Origin: Asterionella formosa
Lineage: Eukaryota
Assembly: GCA_002256025.1 (NCBI GenBank)
Contig: NKIB01013294.1
Coordinates: 1-60,049 of the forward strand
DNA length: 60,049 bases
Direction: 5' to 3'
Below the pieces are notes generated by a model, which did no database searches, was not told where the DNA came from, and saw only the letters and a list, made by a program, of their open reading frames with translations. A program made the translations under genes and the position numbers. This document shows positions 24,372 to 37,809 of this stretch, one piece after another; position 1 is the first letter of the stretch, and each line of letters opens with the position of its first letter.

Positions 24372-26468
24372 TTAAAATGCTTCCTTGGCAAAGTAGAAAT
24401 GAAAACTTGGATCTTCCAATGAAAGATTGAAGCTCACTTCAGCAAGTTCATGTCCCATCTTTTGGGGACCACATAGGAAAATCCCACACTTCCTGTACCC
24501 CAAACGTTTTCCCTCAGTCCGAACAGCAGCCAGCTCATCCCCCCAGTTTGGACGGCCTACTTCGACTTGGTGATGAACTCGTTGGCCCAAGACAAAATCA
24601 AAACCAGTCCGCTTGTGCTTGGCTCGAGTGGCATAGTGCAAAAGAATGGCTTCTACGTCATGGTCATTGTCTAGGACCGAGGTCAGAAAAGGGCGAACAT
24701 GCAACACATTCTTCTGATCGCTATCATAGATTTCTCCCATCAAAGTAGAAAACCATTCAAAAGAGTCCCGGTCTCGCACAGTCCAGTACAAAAAAGTACG
24801 TTTCATCTTGCCAGGTTCCCTCAATAGTTGCTTAAGGACGCTTATCATGGGAGTCACACCAATTCCTGCTCCAACCAGAACAAGGATTGGAAAATCAGAA
24901 AAGCCTTGAAATGATGCACCAATAGGGCCTTCAACCTTGATGACCAAATCTTGTATCTTCTGTTCAGCCTTCTTACTGGGATTAATTTCAGATGAGTTAT
25001 TCGCTATATCTTTCAAGAGGTCATGGACGCTGGTGGTCCAGTCACCTACTCTCTGAAAGTGGAATTCGATAAAATCTTCATGTGGGGCTGACGTGAGTGC
25101 AAAAGGATGCCATTCAATGACAGAAACTTTGGGGATATTCACAAAAGCGTACATGCCCGCTTTGACTTGATTCTTCCAGCTAGCTGGCTTGGCCAACTTC
25201 AAGCCAACAACATTGCCACCCTTAAGTGCAACATCCAAAACTTGGCAAGTGGAACATTTTGTCTCGCGAAAGAAACGAGGGAATAAATAAAGCAGAAGTG
25301 GTCCTGCAACCCAGTAAACACTCTGAAATGGTTCAAGATAACTTCCCATTCCATGGAAGCACAATGCAACCAGCATGACAAGAAACAGGTGGTGTGTGAT
25401 CCAAAATGTGTTAAAAAGATTTCGTCGAAAACGTATGGTGGCATATGAAATCACCATGCAAATTAACATGATGATTCCTGTGATTGAAACTGGCTGCTTC
25501 AACACAAGCAGCCATCGTTCTCTTTTAGATTCTGGGATAGTGTCACCAAGTTTTGTTCCAAAAAGATGTAGAATGTCTTCTTGGTCAGCAATTGCAAAAC
25601 GAGTAAAGTCGCAGATATGTGCAAGAACATGGGATGAGGTAAAGACAGCAATAGCAGTTCCCACCAGCATATGAAACTCTAATGAAGCATCAAAGGGAAA
25701 CCAAAACCTGACATTTCCGATAGCCCTCATTTGAGTGATGAAATGTCGACACATAGGAAGCATAATGAGAAACACATTGAGGTTCAAACACTGAGCACTT
25801 CCTCGTGCTACAATGACACAATTACCAAAGACAGCTTGAGCTTCAAAATTATTGGCATACAAGACACCTTTATATGTAAAGGCCGCAATATTGGCAAAAA
25901 AGTAGAGAATCAACCACAGGAAGGCGGCTCGCCTGTTTCTCCATCGAGCATCCAAGTGCACGAGGCCATTCCTCCAGTGGGTGTGATCAGCCTGTTCCCA
26001 CACTTGCGCGTTTTCTTCTTCTTCGGCCTTGATTTGCTCAATTGAGTCTTTTTGAGAAAACGCCCCAGACGACACTATGGAGTCGCGACGAGAGATCAGG
26101 CTGGAGTCGTCGTCGTCGAAGACTCGCAGCATCGCAGGGTGCCGGCGAAAGATGTTTAAGAATTGCTCCCGTGTAATGAATTGAATCGGTTCCTTCTTGT
26201 GTTGAGCCGAGTCGACATCTTCTAACAAGGCATCAACAGCACTTTCAACGACCGTGCAATCGACATTAAGGCGAATCTGTTTAGCAGCCACCTCCATGAA
26301 GTGCGCTATTTCTGAATGGTCCAATTGACCATCTCCCTTCAAGTCTAACTCATCGAAGGCCCGATGAACAGCCGCATCAAGTCTTCTGTTGGAATGACGG
26401 AGTCGAGGAGAAGCTAGAACCGCATCCGGCCCATTCTCGTCGAGGTCATGCATCGCGAAAGGCAACAT
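24372..26468 (-). CDS. EF-hand-containing NADPH oxidase (respiratory burst oxidase homolog / ferric reductase-NOX family)
   Basis: EF-hand DLKGDGQLDHSE; TM helices with heme histidines (FHMLVG...SHVLAH, THHLF...FHG); EWHPF, RVGDWT, EGPIG, GAGIGVTP, FLCGP and terminal KEAF. Confidence 0.93.
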   Translation of the reverse strand: MLPFAMHDLDENGPDAVLASPRLRHSNRRLDAAVHRAFDELDLKGDGQLDHSEIAHFMEVAAKQIRLNVDCTVVESAVDALLEDVDSAQHKKEPIQFITREQFLNIFRRHPAMLRVFDDDDSSLISRRDSIVSSGAFSQKDSIEQIKAEEEENAQVWEQADHTHWRNGLVHLDARWRNRRAAFLWLILYFFANIAAFTYKGVLYANNFEAQAVFGNCVIVARGSAQCLNLNVFLIMLPMCRHFITQMRAIGNVRFWFPFDASLEFHMLVGTAIAVFTSSHVLAHICDFTRFAIADQEDILHLFGTKLGDTIPESKRERWLLVLKQPVSITGIIMLICMVISYATIRFRRNLFNTFWITHHLFLVMLVALCFHGMGSYLEPFQSVYWVAGPLLLYLFPRFFRETKCSTCQVLDVALKGGNVVGLKLAKPASWKNQVKAGMYAFVNIPKVSVIEWHPFALTSAPHEDFIEFHFQRVGDWTTSVHDLLKDIANNSSEINPSKKAEQKIQDLVIKVEGPIGASFQGFSDFPILVLVGAGIGVTPMISVLKQLLREPGKMKRTFLYWTVRDRDSFEWFSTLMGEIYDSDQKNVLHVRPFLTSVLDNDHDVEAILLHYATRAKHKRTGFDFVLGQRVHHQVEVGRPNWGDELAAVRTEGKRLGYRKCGIFLCGPQKMGHELAEVSFNLSLEDPSFHFYFAKEAF

Positions 26469-28386
26469 GCTCCAAATTGTGCTTTGTGAGCTTGTTACGG
26501 AGGATCAGAAGCCAATGCGAATCTGCCATGATTTACTGAGTCTTTTACCACAGTAAACATGATTTTCATACATAGCTATGTTGAAATTGTTGACTACGTC
26601 GATTACTGTTACAATACCAGACTTAAGCACATACCGTTAGCGATGAAGCCTTTCCACGTCACTAGCGGCACCTTGGTGCTCTAAATAACAATCATGTGTG
26701 TCACAGATATCGGTATTCGGAAACGAAGCGCATGCTGCAACATGTGTGTTGAACTTCGAGCAATGGCGTTGGATTATTCTGTACTACCAGGTACTTTCTA
26801 TACATGGGAATAAGGAAGGCGTTGGAAATGGTATCGTTATGTCTTCGTCGGTAGGAGTTATCTGGTAACGTTACCAGTATTAGACTACGTACTTGCCAGA
26901 CCGTCAAGGGATTATTGTACTCCGTGAATCACTTGAATCACGCACCCACATTGAAGAGTCAATTTGAAGATTCCTCATATGAGGACATATGGCCATGATA
27001 GAAAATATGGCTGTGCTGCAAATCGATTCATTTTGCAAACACATGGAGCACTTGTCATAGATAGGATTCGGATGCCAGGGCAATATGAAAGGGATTTTTA
27101 CACTTCAAGCCTAATGTATGCTAAATATATACATTGCATTTATCGCCATCATCAGAGCTTGTGTGTATGTACGACAAGGTACCCTGGTATTCAACTTCCC
27201 GTGCACCAGGATACTGTGTAGGATTCAGGTTCAGCACCTGGATGGGAGGCTGGGAGTATGCTGACCATAGGAGTAGCACCCAAAAAGCCGCAAATACTTG
27301 CAGGAGGCACCAGTCACCACCCTCTGCTCTGTCATTTGGTGGTTGACTGCTGGTGGGAGGCGGCAGATGATGATGATAGTATCCTTGAGGACGAGGAGCA
27401 TTGGAGAAAAATATTTGTTATGATGGCGCTGGCTGAGGAGGATGAAAGTATGGTTGCTGCTAATAGGAAAACCCAATGATAATTTTGTTGACTTCACTTG
27501 GATGTAGCATGAAAGTTTGTGGTCCCATTCATGAGTGAAACTGACTGTCCTCTTGTTGAATGTTAAGTTGCACATTTCAATCAAACCTTGGACTCCAAAC
27601 TCTTTGCCCATATTCCACACCATGGATTTTAGGCACTCATCCTATTTAAGGTAAGGATGAATTTGTAGTGTTCCTAGCTTCCTCTATTCATCTTGATCAA
27701 ACTGCGACGCCATGGGTTTGTGACCATATTACAATGTATGGTGCTTTGCAGCAATTGCCATATCTGTTTTAATGAATGCTTGAATCTTACCCATGTCATT
27801 GAAATCCTTCAACAGGGAGTATGGTATGAGTTGTTGGGAAAAGCATTAGAAGAGGTCTCTCAACATGGTTTGGGCTGTGTTCGGTTGATACATGGCCAAT
27901 GCAATCGCTTCGTCTGACTCATCACTGTCAAGGGTGAGGTTTGATTTTTCTTTAATAATTTGGTTGCAAACCAGAAGACAGCAGTGTTGATGATGTCTTT
28001 GGTGGCGTTTTGTCTTATTATTAAGCCACGTCATAGTAGATATAATCGATGGATTGATTGGTTCCCGTTGTCATTATCCTGCTCCATTGAAGCAACAGAA
28101 CCCAAGGTTGGATTTTTGGCAAGATATTCAAAGAATCTGCCTTCAATGATTGTAAGTGCCTTGGTATACTTGCTCGTGTTGTGTGGTACGTTTCTGATAA
28201 CCTTTTTTTACGTAGTATATCCAAAAACATCATTGATGGTTCGATTGTCGTTTACATCGTCTTTGGCAGTTGCGTCAGATGTTTGAATCCAGGAATCACG
28301 GTGGCATGCATGAGCTTAAGTATGTGAAACAACTAAGGCAGCGGTTTTGTATTCTGACCTTGCATCAGAATTAGATAAAGTACTAA

Positions 28387-28656
28387 TGTTGTAATCAGAA
28401 TCTCGACAAGAGAAGCTGGAGCTATTTATATCAGAATGGATTGTTGCAACATCGGAAAATTGAACTATTTTAGATGTATTGCTTTTACAAGGTTCTTTAA
28501 CGCTGAAAATGACAAGAAAACTGTTGCAATCAGAATCTCAACAATAGAAGCTGGAGCTATTTATATCAGAATGGATTGTTGCAACATCGGAAAATTGAAC
28601 TATTGCAGATATATTGCTTTTACAAGGTCCTTTAACGCTGAAAATGACAAGAAAAC
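28387..28656. repeat. Tandem duplication, 2 x 135 bp
   Basis: TGTTG(T/C)AATCAGAATCTC...GACAAGAAAAC starts at 28387 and 28522, few mismatches. Confidence 0.9.
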
Positions 28657-30959
28657 AAAGAATGTAACAGTGAGTGATTGTAAAACCAATGATAGAAGCA
28701 AAACGGAAGCACAATGATGCAAAAATCAACAACAAACATACCTATCCTCTACTTCTTCGTTGTTTCCATAATGGATACTTTGGAGATACTAGCAGCCTTT
28801 GCAGCAACCTCATTCTGATTCAATAAACTGAAGAATGTAATGGAGTGAATATATTTGAAGGAAATCAACAATCTGATAAGCAGGAAAGCACACAACAAGC
28901 AACAACACACCCAAGCTTCCTTTTCTTTCTAGTGCACACAATGACAAGCTGCGCGCCGGTTATCATCATGCTCTTTGCGCTTAGCAGTCTTCATTACTGT
29001 ACTTTGAGTGAAACGACGGCTTCTTGCTTTCGTTTTCATTGTAGAGCGAATTATGAGGATGTTAGAATTATGACAACATTAAATGAAAACAGAGCAAATA
29101 AATATTTTAGAGCAGCTCAAAAAGCACACTCAAACTTGCTTCCGGGACATCATTGCTGATCTTCATGTCAAAAACACACTAAATAATTATTTTTTGAATA
29201 ATAACTGAACCTCATGTCTGAAAATAAAGTGAACAAAGTGACAACAATGGCACGAAATTGTCTCGTTACCGGCGCAACCCATGAATTTCTGCCAAAAAGT
29301 TCAATCAATTATCTTATTGAAAAGCCATCATCCAAATAGTCAGTGTCCAACAGATCGCATGATGAATGATGAAACTTTTGGAGATTAATTGAATTAGGCC
29401 TAACCACCACACACGACGATGTAGGTATGATGTGACGACTTGAATCCCACAAAAAGACAAGTAATCCAACAACCAACCGCACCATATGAAGACTAGTTGC
29501 TACTGGCGTCATCAATGAACAAATTAGGCTTCAGATTGGGCATGATGGTTCATGGTTGACTGTATCAAAGCTGCATTTCTACCCTCACATTTTAGGAAGC
29601 AAACAAGATCGATGTATATTACAACAGATTGGTGAATACTAGATATATATTATACTAATCAAATCATCTGTAAAGTATATGAAATGGTTTACTCAAGTAT
29701 ACCCCCCTGCCAATCTTGGCAATCCCAGGCATGAAAACCGAGGGGCCATTGGCATAAATTGTATTGCCAAAATATGAACATATGAAATGTACAAAATATG
29801 TTTTAATGATGGGCAATATCAGACTCATTGCAAATTTTGATGTCAAGATAGGAAACATGCAAAATAAATATTGTATGATGGGCAACAACAAGCTAAAAAT
29901 CACATTTATGCTCAATTTGTGGGCAGTAGATAGCTAAGTGAATGGTGCAATGATAGCTAGGTGCTTGTGGATTGCCTCAAAAGTAGTACCCTTCTTAGTG
30001 GCTACATCTTCTTGTATACATGTGTACTCATCTGGGCTGGCACTTGTAGGGTGAGTGTGACATGAGACCACATTGGGCATGTATTGCCTTCAGCAAGTAA
30101 TCACAAGGTACCACTTATGAAACTTTGCATGGCATGCTTGACAATATTTGATGGCAAACCATGCCATTGATTGTAGGCAAGTTGACAATGAAACACAACA
30201 AGAATACAGACCAATTGCCATAGAGAAGATTATGCAAAGCTTCAAGACTCACTGTTGTGCCATGGACTTCGATTGTACTGGTAGCTTTGTTCGAAGCACG
30301 ACGGAATGACAAACAGCATCGTCAAATGAAATTTTTTTCATAATAGCTATCAGTGAATGATTTCGTCGGCTGGTGATCCGGAAAGGTATAATTTTATTTA
30401 TTAACTTTCATGACTGAATGATTTAGTTTACACAATGACTACCGGTATGCTAGTTTAACTAACTATATACATACCCCACTACATTAGAGGCTACGTGGGC
30501 TATTTACTACCTCGGTACTTTCGTAGTTTGAATAAAGGTGTACATAAAAAAAATTATGATGGCGAAGAATTATTAAGATTGTTCCTGCCTTCATCATCAG
30601 CCATCGTCAATATACTAATACCTCCCTCCCATTCGAGTGATATATTGCTCGTTCTTCCATTTGGTCGCGTTTTATTGTACCTGTTCCATTGAATAGAGCA
30701 ACTTCCGATTTAGCATTTCCTTTGAATGAGAAAGTGTTGTACACTTTAACTTAATCTGAAGCATCGTTGCGATTGCGAGCTCAACGAACTGCTCACTGAG
30801 CACAACCGCATATGACTGAACGCAAAAGCACAGGCACACACAAGCGGAGCGTTTTGTTGAAACATTATTTTTACTGGTTTAATTGTCTGGTTCCGTTAGA
30901 TTGAGTTTTGCAATTCCTATATATACAAAAGCAGGTCACAAACGCATTCACAAACAGTC

Positions 30960-33900
30960 ATGAGCGAAGCAACTGACCGAGAGGAGCAGGGGAAAGAGCT
31001 GGATGAGCAAACAGATTTACTAGAAATGGATGTGCCTGGAGCAGAATATCTGATACCAAAGAATATGTCACGACCCAGAGAGAAGATTTGGAAAGATGAC
31101 GATGATGAAACCAATCAGTATTTCATGAGCGAGCCATCACTCAGTGAGGATGATCATTCGCACCTTCGCATGACTGGCCTAGCCCTTCCATCTCCGCAAG
31201 AGAGCTTATCGGGAGATGAAGGCGACATTGATTTCAGCAGACCAACTCATCCTCCGGGAACACTCGTACACCAAACATCACAAGCGTCGCAACCTCAATC
31301 GGCTTCGTCACCGGGTGGCAACACTAGTCTGAGTTCGTGGGATAGCCCTCACTTGTTGGGGAAGAAGATACAAATGCATTTCTCATCTGACAATAAGCGA
31401 TCAAAACGACCAGGGGAGATTCCTCAGAATGTGCCGTTACCAACAACAAGGCCACTGTATAACCCAAGTCGACATGTGGAACAACCGAGTGATTTAGTGG
31501 CCGCGCACGACAAAGAATCACTAGATAAGGCGGACAGAAACAACGATAGTTTGGCACCGTCATCACGGTCTACTTCCAGTGTTTCACTAGGTCAAGAGCA
31601 GCGAGCTGCTGATTTTCTAAATGAATTGAAACTGCAGTCGATTGGTGCGTTGCAAGATGCTGGCATTGACGATTTTGACTCTGACAGAAACATGGGCAAA
31701 GTGGAAAAAGGGCAGTTTGACGCTGTCCTTCGAAGTCGCGTTTCTCGTCATCACGTTAGCCCACCCCCTCCTCTGCGACCAATTGATCATGAAACAACCC
31801 CTGATGTTTCTTTAAACATGACTTTGTCTGTTTCTGAAGCCGAAGATGCAATGGGGGATCCCGAACCTGTTGATTGGGAACAGCAGCAGTCAGCGGACAA
31901 TGACCGACTGGTAGCGCCACCTTGGCGAATCAGAAAGCTAAAATTTGGAAAGTCAACCCCTGTTGTTCATAGGCGCACACGTAGTGGAGATGCGGCTGCC
32001 GCTACCCTAATGACAGGGGGAACAGATTGGAGAGGGATGCAGCCGAATTTTTCGGTCGTACCGGCGTCTCGTCACCACCATGCCACTGTTGAAGAGGACG
32101 ACCTCATGGATGATGAAAAAGAAGAGGAAGACGAAGATGATGTTACACACGATTTGAGTGTGCTCCCTTCACAAGCTCGTGCTAATAATTCATTTAGTCA
32201 TGTAGGTACATGGTGCACAAAGCCACAAAATGAGCGCAATGGTAAAGGTGGCACCGAGGGATTCGATGTTGATTCATTGGGCAGTAATTATAAGTACAGA
32301 AAAGGTCGAAAGCCACCCCGAAGTCGTCGATCCTTGTTGCATACTGAGACGTCGAGCAGAAGTTTACCAGATCCTATGTCGCCAGTTCCACAACCAGGAA
32401 GTGTCCCATTGTCCACTGGGCAATGGTATGGACATCAGCCTATTGATGAAAGATCTAAATCAACGTTCACTGATTTTGGTGTTGGTGGAAATTCCTCATG
32501 GAACCCTCACAATGGGAGAGATGTCCGCCTTTGGGCTTTCCCACGGTATAGTTCCTTTGATATGCGCTTTGACAGTCCGCGCATTCAACACGGGCAGGAT
32601 GAACAGCACACCCGGTCATCCACTATCGATAATTTTCTTTCAGGCGTTCGCGAGCAACAAGAAGGTTTCAATCCTCATGCTCATCCTACTTCGAATGCTA
32701 TCGGTTTATCCCGATCCACATTCTCTGGGATATCTCAACTCTTAGATGCCCCGTCAACACATTCGCCGCAGTTGCATCGACAGCAGCAAACGCGAAATTT
32801 CAATTCCAATTCAGTAAATTTTACTGAATCACATGAGCATTACACGGGGCTCGAAGCAGAAAATAGTTATCCTGAAAACGAGGGTGTCGATGATTCAAGC
32901 AATGAATTTAGTGTATCTGGTCGAGATCGCCAGTCAATGGAAATGCCTTTTGAGAACTGGGAGTTTCGTGACAATGCTCAAAACTCGATGCGGCAGCGAC
33001 GTGAGAATGCGCCTAAAAATTTGTCGTCGCCCATTAGCCTTATGACAGAAAGGGAGTCGCCTGGAAAATTTCAGAGTCGAGCTTTGTTCAAACCGATAAC
33101 GAACATTGTTACCGAAGAAAATACAAAAGACTATGCGACGTTTGTTTGTCCAAGGTGTGGGACGCGCCAGCGAGAGTTTTTTACTGTCGCAAGTGCCGGC
33201 AACCAGTTTCAGAGCCCAGCGGGGTATCTGGCAGTTTACTTCACTCTATATGTTATGGCATCGCTCTACATTTTTGGTCTTGATGAGGGTTGGTCGTCGC
33301 TTGATTGTGTCTATTTCGCTGTCATCACGCTCACCACGGCTGGGCTGGGCGACAGGGTACCTACTTCGGATGCTTCAAAAATCATTTGTTCGATTTTTAT
33401 ATATTTTGGAGTTGCGTCTATCGGTCTTCTGCTTGGCTCTTATCTCGCTGGCATGATGGATGAAAAATCTTTCAAGCAAGCACAGGAAAATCGTCTGAAC
33501 AACTGTGTAGCCTGCAGTCAAGTGCGCAGCCTTACGGCTATGGAGAAAAGGCGAAAATCGATTATTGGGACCTCACGCGAAACACCAAAGCGTAGTTCTA
33601 CCTTGTTGTCCGGCATGTTTCACTCAGAGAGAGTTCCAGTTTCTCATTGTGACGACAACGGTTTTGCGAATGAAATTGCATCTCTGGCGCGTGCGAAAAG
33701 GGCCAAGGTCCACCATGCATCGACACATTCTACCAAGGCGACCCCAAATTCCCAAACGGCTTCCATAGTGGATAACCAACCTTTTTCATCGATTCCCAAC
33801 TTTGGTGGCAGTGATAGCCCGTCAAGCTCCTCCTGCAAGCGCAACCTCGAAATGGCTCCCCACTCAGTCTCAGAAAAAAGGGAAGGCGATGGTATGCAAC

Positions 33901-35382
33901 GATCAGGAAATCCATCTGGACTACCTTTGGGACAGCTGAATTCCTCCTTTCGGGAAAGAGACGGGATGCCTATTCCACTGAGTCCGATCTGTCAAGGAGT
34001 GCCAATATCTCCTTGGAACCATCCATTACTTGGATCTCCAATGACAGCTCAGATCCTTGATCGCCAGAGTCACACTAGACACCAATCATTCGACGTTAGC
34101 AGCGCCACTCCCACTAATACCGGTAGAATTTTTTCAAGAATGGATAATGGCAGTGCAAGTAAGCCCCGAAAATGCAGCGAAGATATTCCATCTAGTTTAC
34201 CTTCAATGATCCGAGAAGGAATTCAAGAGGGACACCCTCAGCGCCCAGTTGACCCATGGATAGAAAGTGACGAGAGCGATAGTGACCGTGATGAAGGTGA
34301 TCATGCCTCGCAAACTTCCGAGACTTCTACTGAAAGTAACAATTCAGATTTCATGGGAACTCCCAGCAAAATAAAAACAGCCAAGTATGTTTTTCTGACT
34401 CTGAAGGAAGCTCTGATGAATTCCACTTTGATAATTGCGATTGGAAGCGCGGGGTTCTTTTACATTGAGAAAATGTCCCTGGTTGACTCGTTCTATTTTA
34501 CGACAGTGCTCTTGACAACTGTTGGATATGGTGATATTTATCCTGTTACTAACGCAGGCAAACTCTTTGCGACGATCTATGTACTTGTTGCAGGGACTGT
34601 GCTACTGAATAACATGTCGCTCATCAGTATGATCCCTCTTGAGCTTCGAAAGCGACGACTTGAGAGAGCAGTGCTGACACAGGTAAGCGACCGATTGTTC
34701 CAAAGTATAATGACTTTGTGGAGCTAACATTTGTGGGTTAAAGTTTGGCGATCAATTAGATGATGCTGCTCTTCGTGAACTTGCAACCGGTCCTCTGGTC
34801 AAGAGACTGCATGTGTCAATGAAGCGCCCTGATGGTCTTGATGAGTGCACGCGAGAGATGTTTGCGCTAGCTATGTTAGTCCGACTTGGAAAAGTGACTG
34901 AACGGGACGTTCGACAAACATTTTCTGCATTCCACCGCCTGGATGTTGACAACGATGGTGTACTCAATAGCAGAACAATTATTGCAGGAATGATGCACAA
35001 GAGGCGATCTCGGATCAATGTGTCTGCTTTGTCCGAGGCCAATGAGTCCCTCAGTGGGAATCAGTATGTTCCCACGCCACCACCACCAATTTATATGGTT
35101 CCTCCGTCGCCAGAAGGATACGAGCACGACCAGTTACCTTCCTTTGAAGCATCAGATGGAGCGACCATCGGTCAGTTTTGGGTTGGCAATCGTGGATCGC
35201 TGCATGTCGCGACTCAAGCCGGCCAATTCAATAATGATTACGAAGCGGGTCTAGACACAATGACGAACGAAGAGCACTTGTCGTTGCTAAACAACACCAG
35301 GCAATATGGATCTTACACAGGCCCGACTGCCTTTTATAGCGACCAGGGTAACGACGAGGAGGTGGGATTAAGTGGTCACTGA
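30960..35382 (+). CDS. Two-pore-domain K+ channel (TPK/K2P-like) with C-terminal EF-hand; exons 30960-34682 and 34744-35382 (~1453 aa)
   Basis: Pore 1 YFAVITLTTAGLGD, pore 2 YFTTVLLTTVGYGD, EF-hand LDVDNDGVLN. A 61-bp GT-AG intron (34683-34743, branch site GCTAAC) joins both ORFs in frame (..LTQ|FGDQLDD..). Confidence 0.9.
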
Positions 35383-35948
35383 GCGAGAATCGATTTTCTC
35401 TATTCATCTTATTAAATGCGAGAGCAAAGGCGCTCGCTCGTCAATGGAATTCCATTGCTTGCAATGACCACAACGAGTCCCACAGCCAGCTAGAATATAT
35501 CCTCCACATCAAGGGCCGGCGTTAACTTGCTATGGGCCCTCCCCATATTGTTGTCGTCATTGCTTGCGCCTTGAATTCGAACTCGCAATTGGTGTGACCA
35601 TGGTATTGCGAAGATGAAGGCTTTCCCAAGGTTGTTGATACATTCATGTCAAAAAGCAGAGGAACAAAGCTAGACGCGATGGTGAACGCGGATGACGCAC
35701 ACTACGAAATACAATCAATGACAGCCTTCGTCCAGGATAAGGATAAGTGAGTCTTTATTTTTGTTTTGTGATAGTTTACTATCCAAACGTTTTTGTAATG
35801 ATTTTTTGGTCATAGCTTGTCGTTGCTGTACCCTCTGGAATACGAGTGCACACGTTGTTAACAATGAGGACACGACTAGACTATTTCTCATATCCTCTAG
35901 CTAAGCCTAGTCGTCTCTCGGTTCCAAAGAAGCGACGAAGCTTTATTT

Positions 35949-37601
35949 CTAGACAATGTCTCCTGTCTCGGCCGAAAGCAGTGCTTCAGATTCAGTATCA
36001 TTGTACGAAGCCAGACGAGCGCCATTCTGAAGCAGTGGCGTCGCACTACTAGGCGGATTCGGGATGCCTTCCAGTTCCTTGATTGTCTCCTTCGACCCGA
36101 CAGATTGACTTCGAGCTTTTTTTAACTTGTCCCCCTTTTTCTTCATGAAGCGTTGCAAGGTCGAAGCAGCCCATAGAGTTAACGTGGCACTTGCCCGGTC
36201 ACGCGCCCTGATGTCGAGTTCGTCATAAATACGGTCTTGTAAAATACATTCCAAGACATCGTCCAAAGTTACTAATCCCATGAACCCAGCGTCTGGGGGA
36301 ATCGGTTGGTGCTCCTCGGATTCCAACGCTTTGGTGGCGATATCTGGTCTCGCGCACACAAATACCATATGGCTTCCACCTGTCTGAAGTACTTTGAGCA
36401 AGTTGACCAAATTCATGCGAGGCGACACACATAGTGGTCGTTGGATTGGAAGTGTCGAAACCTCACGTTCATCATCCCAATCCAGGGCAATTAAGTTTCG
36501 GGTGAAGACATATCCCAAGACAGCTGACTGATCGTGATCGTACTCCAAATTCTTCCTGAATACTGGTATTCTGCTGTAACCTTGACTGTAGATGCGCATA
36601 ATATTATCTTTATCGAGGATGAAATCTTCTGGGAGGGCAAATATTTTCCGCATAGGTGTATATACATCCATGGCAACCTTTGTCTTGAGATTAAGTGCCC
36701 CTTCCACCATAATCACTTCCGAGTGGTGCAACGGGGGACTGAGCTGTTCAGTAAATGGAATCTCAGGGAAGGCGCCGCCTACTCCCTTATTTTCGGCTCT
36801 GGCTTCGACTGCCTCCATAATATCTTTCTTGAGAGCTTTCCAGGTTTCCAGCTTTCCAAATCTATTCTTTCGCTGAACTTTGGTAGCAATGCGCTCTTCA
36901 TATTGAATTCTAACTAGCGCAGATAACTCAGTTCGATTATACCCTTCCTCCTCATCACTGACAAGTACGTCGAGAAGTTTGCCCAAAGGTCCCGCGAGAG
37001 GGTACAGAATAAACATAAAGAAATTAACCATGGGTGTCATTTTCGACGCCAAGAACAACTGATGCGGCCCAGTGCAAATCGCACTTGGAATAATCTCTCC
37101 AAAGACCAAAATCAGCGTGACGGACAATAGAATTGCCACCCAGGTGGGTACCAAGACGTCAAGGAACAAAGGCAACGTTTCATAAGCGATTGTATCCAAA
37201 ATCAAGAGCGTGACCAAGAGCCTGTGATACTGTTGCACCACGGGCAAAACTGTGGCGGCTTGTTCTTTTTCTTCATCGTCCAACGATGCTCTCATCGTTA
37301 TGTGCAAATCCATTTCGTCAAGAGTCATAAATCCCAAGAAAAGGCCCGAAACGACGGCAACGCTAAAGACGCAAAAGATAGAAGCCATTGTGTTCTTGAT
37401 GTAGAAGAAGTCGTCTTTTCCTTCGTCTGGAGGAAACGGCGTGAATTGAACTGATGAAATGGTGTCATCAGCGGTGCTGCAAAGGGGAAGCGATTCATAT
37501 TCATCAGTGGAATGACAAAGGCCTTCAATACCGATCCTTTGAAGAAGACGAACAGCTGCAGTAACTTGATCTTGTAGTTCACTTGATGATATCGACTGCA
37601 T
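35949..37601 (-). CDS. CNNM/DUF21 plus CBS-domain metal (Mg2+) transporter
   Basis: SGLFLGFMTLD, LLVTLL...E.LP.FLD, LVFGEIIPSA, GALNL..K...VYTP, GYSRIPV, GLVTLDDVLE. First ATG at 37601. Confidence 0.92.
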   Translation of the reverse strand: MQSISSSELQDQVTAAVRLLQRIGIEGLCHSTDEYESLPLCSTADDTISSVQFTPFPPDEGKDDFFYIKNTMASIFCVFSVAVVSGLFLGFMTLDEMDLHITMRASLDDEEKEQAATVLPVVQQYHRLLVTLLILDTIAYETLPLFLDVLVPTWVAILLSVTLILVFGEIIPSAICTGPHQLFLASKMTPMVNFFMFILYPLAGPLGKLLDVLVSDEEEGYNRTELSALVRIQYEERIATKVQRKNRFGKLETWKALKKDIMEAVEARAENKGVGGAFPEIPFTEQLSPPLHHSEVIMVEGALNLKTKVAMDVYTPMRKIFALPEDFILDKDNIMRIYSQGYSRIPVFRKNLEYDHDQSAVLGYVFTRNLIALDWDDEREVSTLPIQRPLCVSPRMNLVNLLKVLQTGGSHMVFVCARPDIATKALESEEHQPIPPDAGFMGLVTLDDVLECILQDRIYDELDIRARDRASATLTLWAASTLQRFMKKKGDKLKKARSQSVGSKETIKELEGIPNPPSSATPLLQNGARLASYNDTESEALLSAETGDIV

Positions 37602-37809
37602 TGTGTGTGATCGAATTAAATCAATGATCAATAGTAGTATGTTCAGGGTTGCTGCTTATTCAGAATTCAGAGAACGGTACATGCCGCTTGTGTTTGTTGA
37701 ATGTTTATTCTTTGCTTCTTTCGCATTTTGTTATTCTTGCTTGCCTCAATGATGGCCGAGTTCGTTTTTGCTGATTCGGCTTGCTTGTTGTGCTTACTTG
37801 CCAAGAGAT

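Noticed and set aside
27230..28040. Possible Harbinger N-terminus (+) and LINE post-RT fragment (-)
   Set aside because: Only vague motif resemblance; cannot be supported without a database search.
29300..30320. Fragmentary minus-strand ORFs as a pseudogene
   Set aside because: CpG-depleted and probably decayed, but no family motif could be identified.
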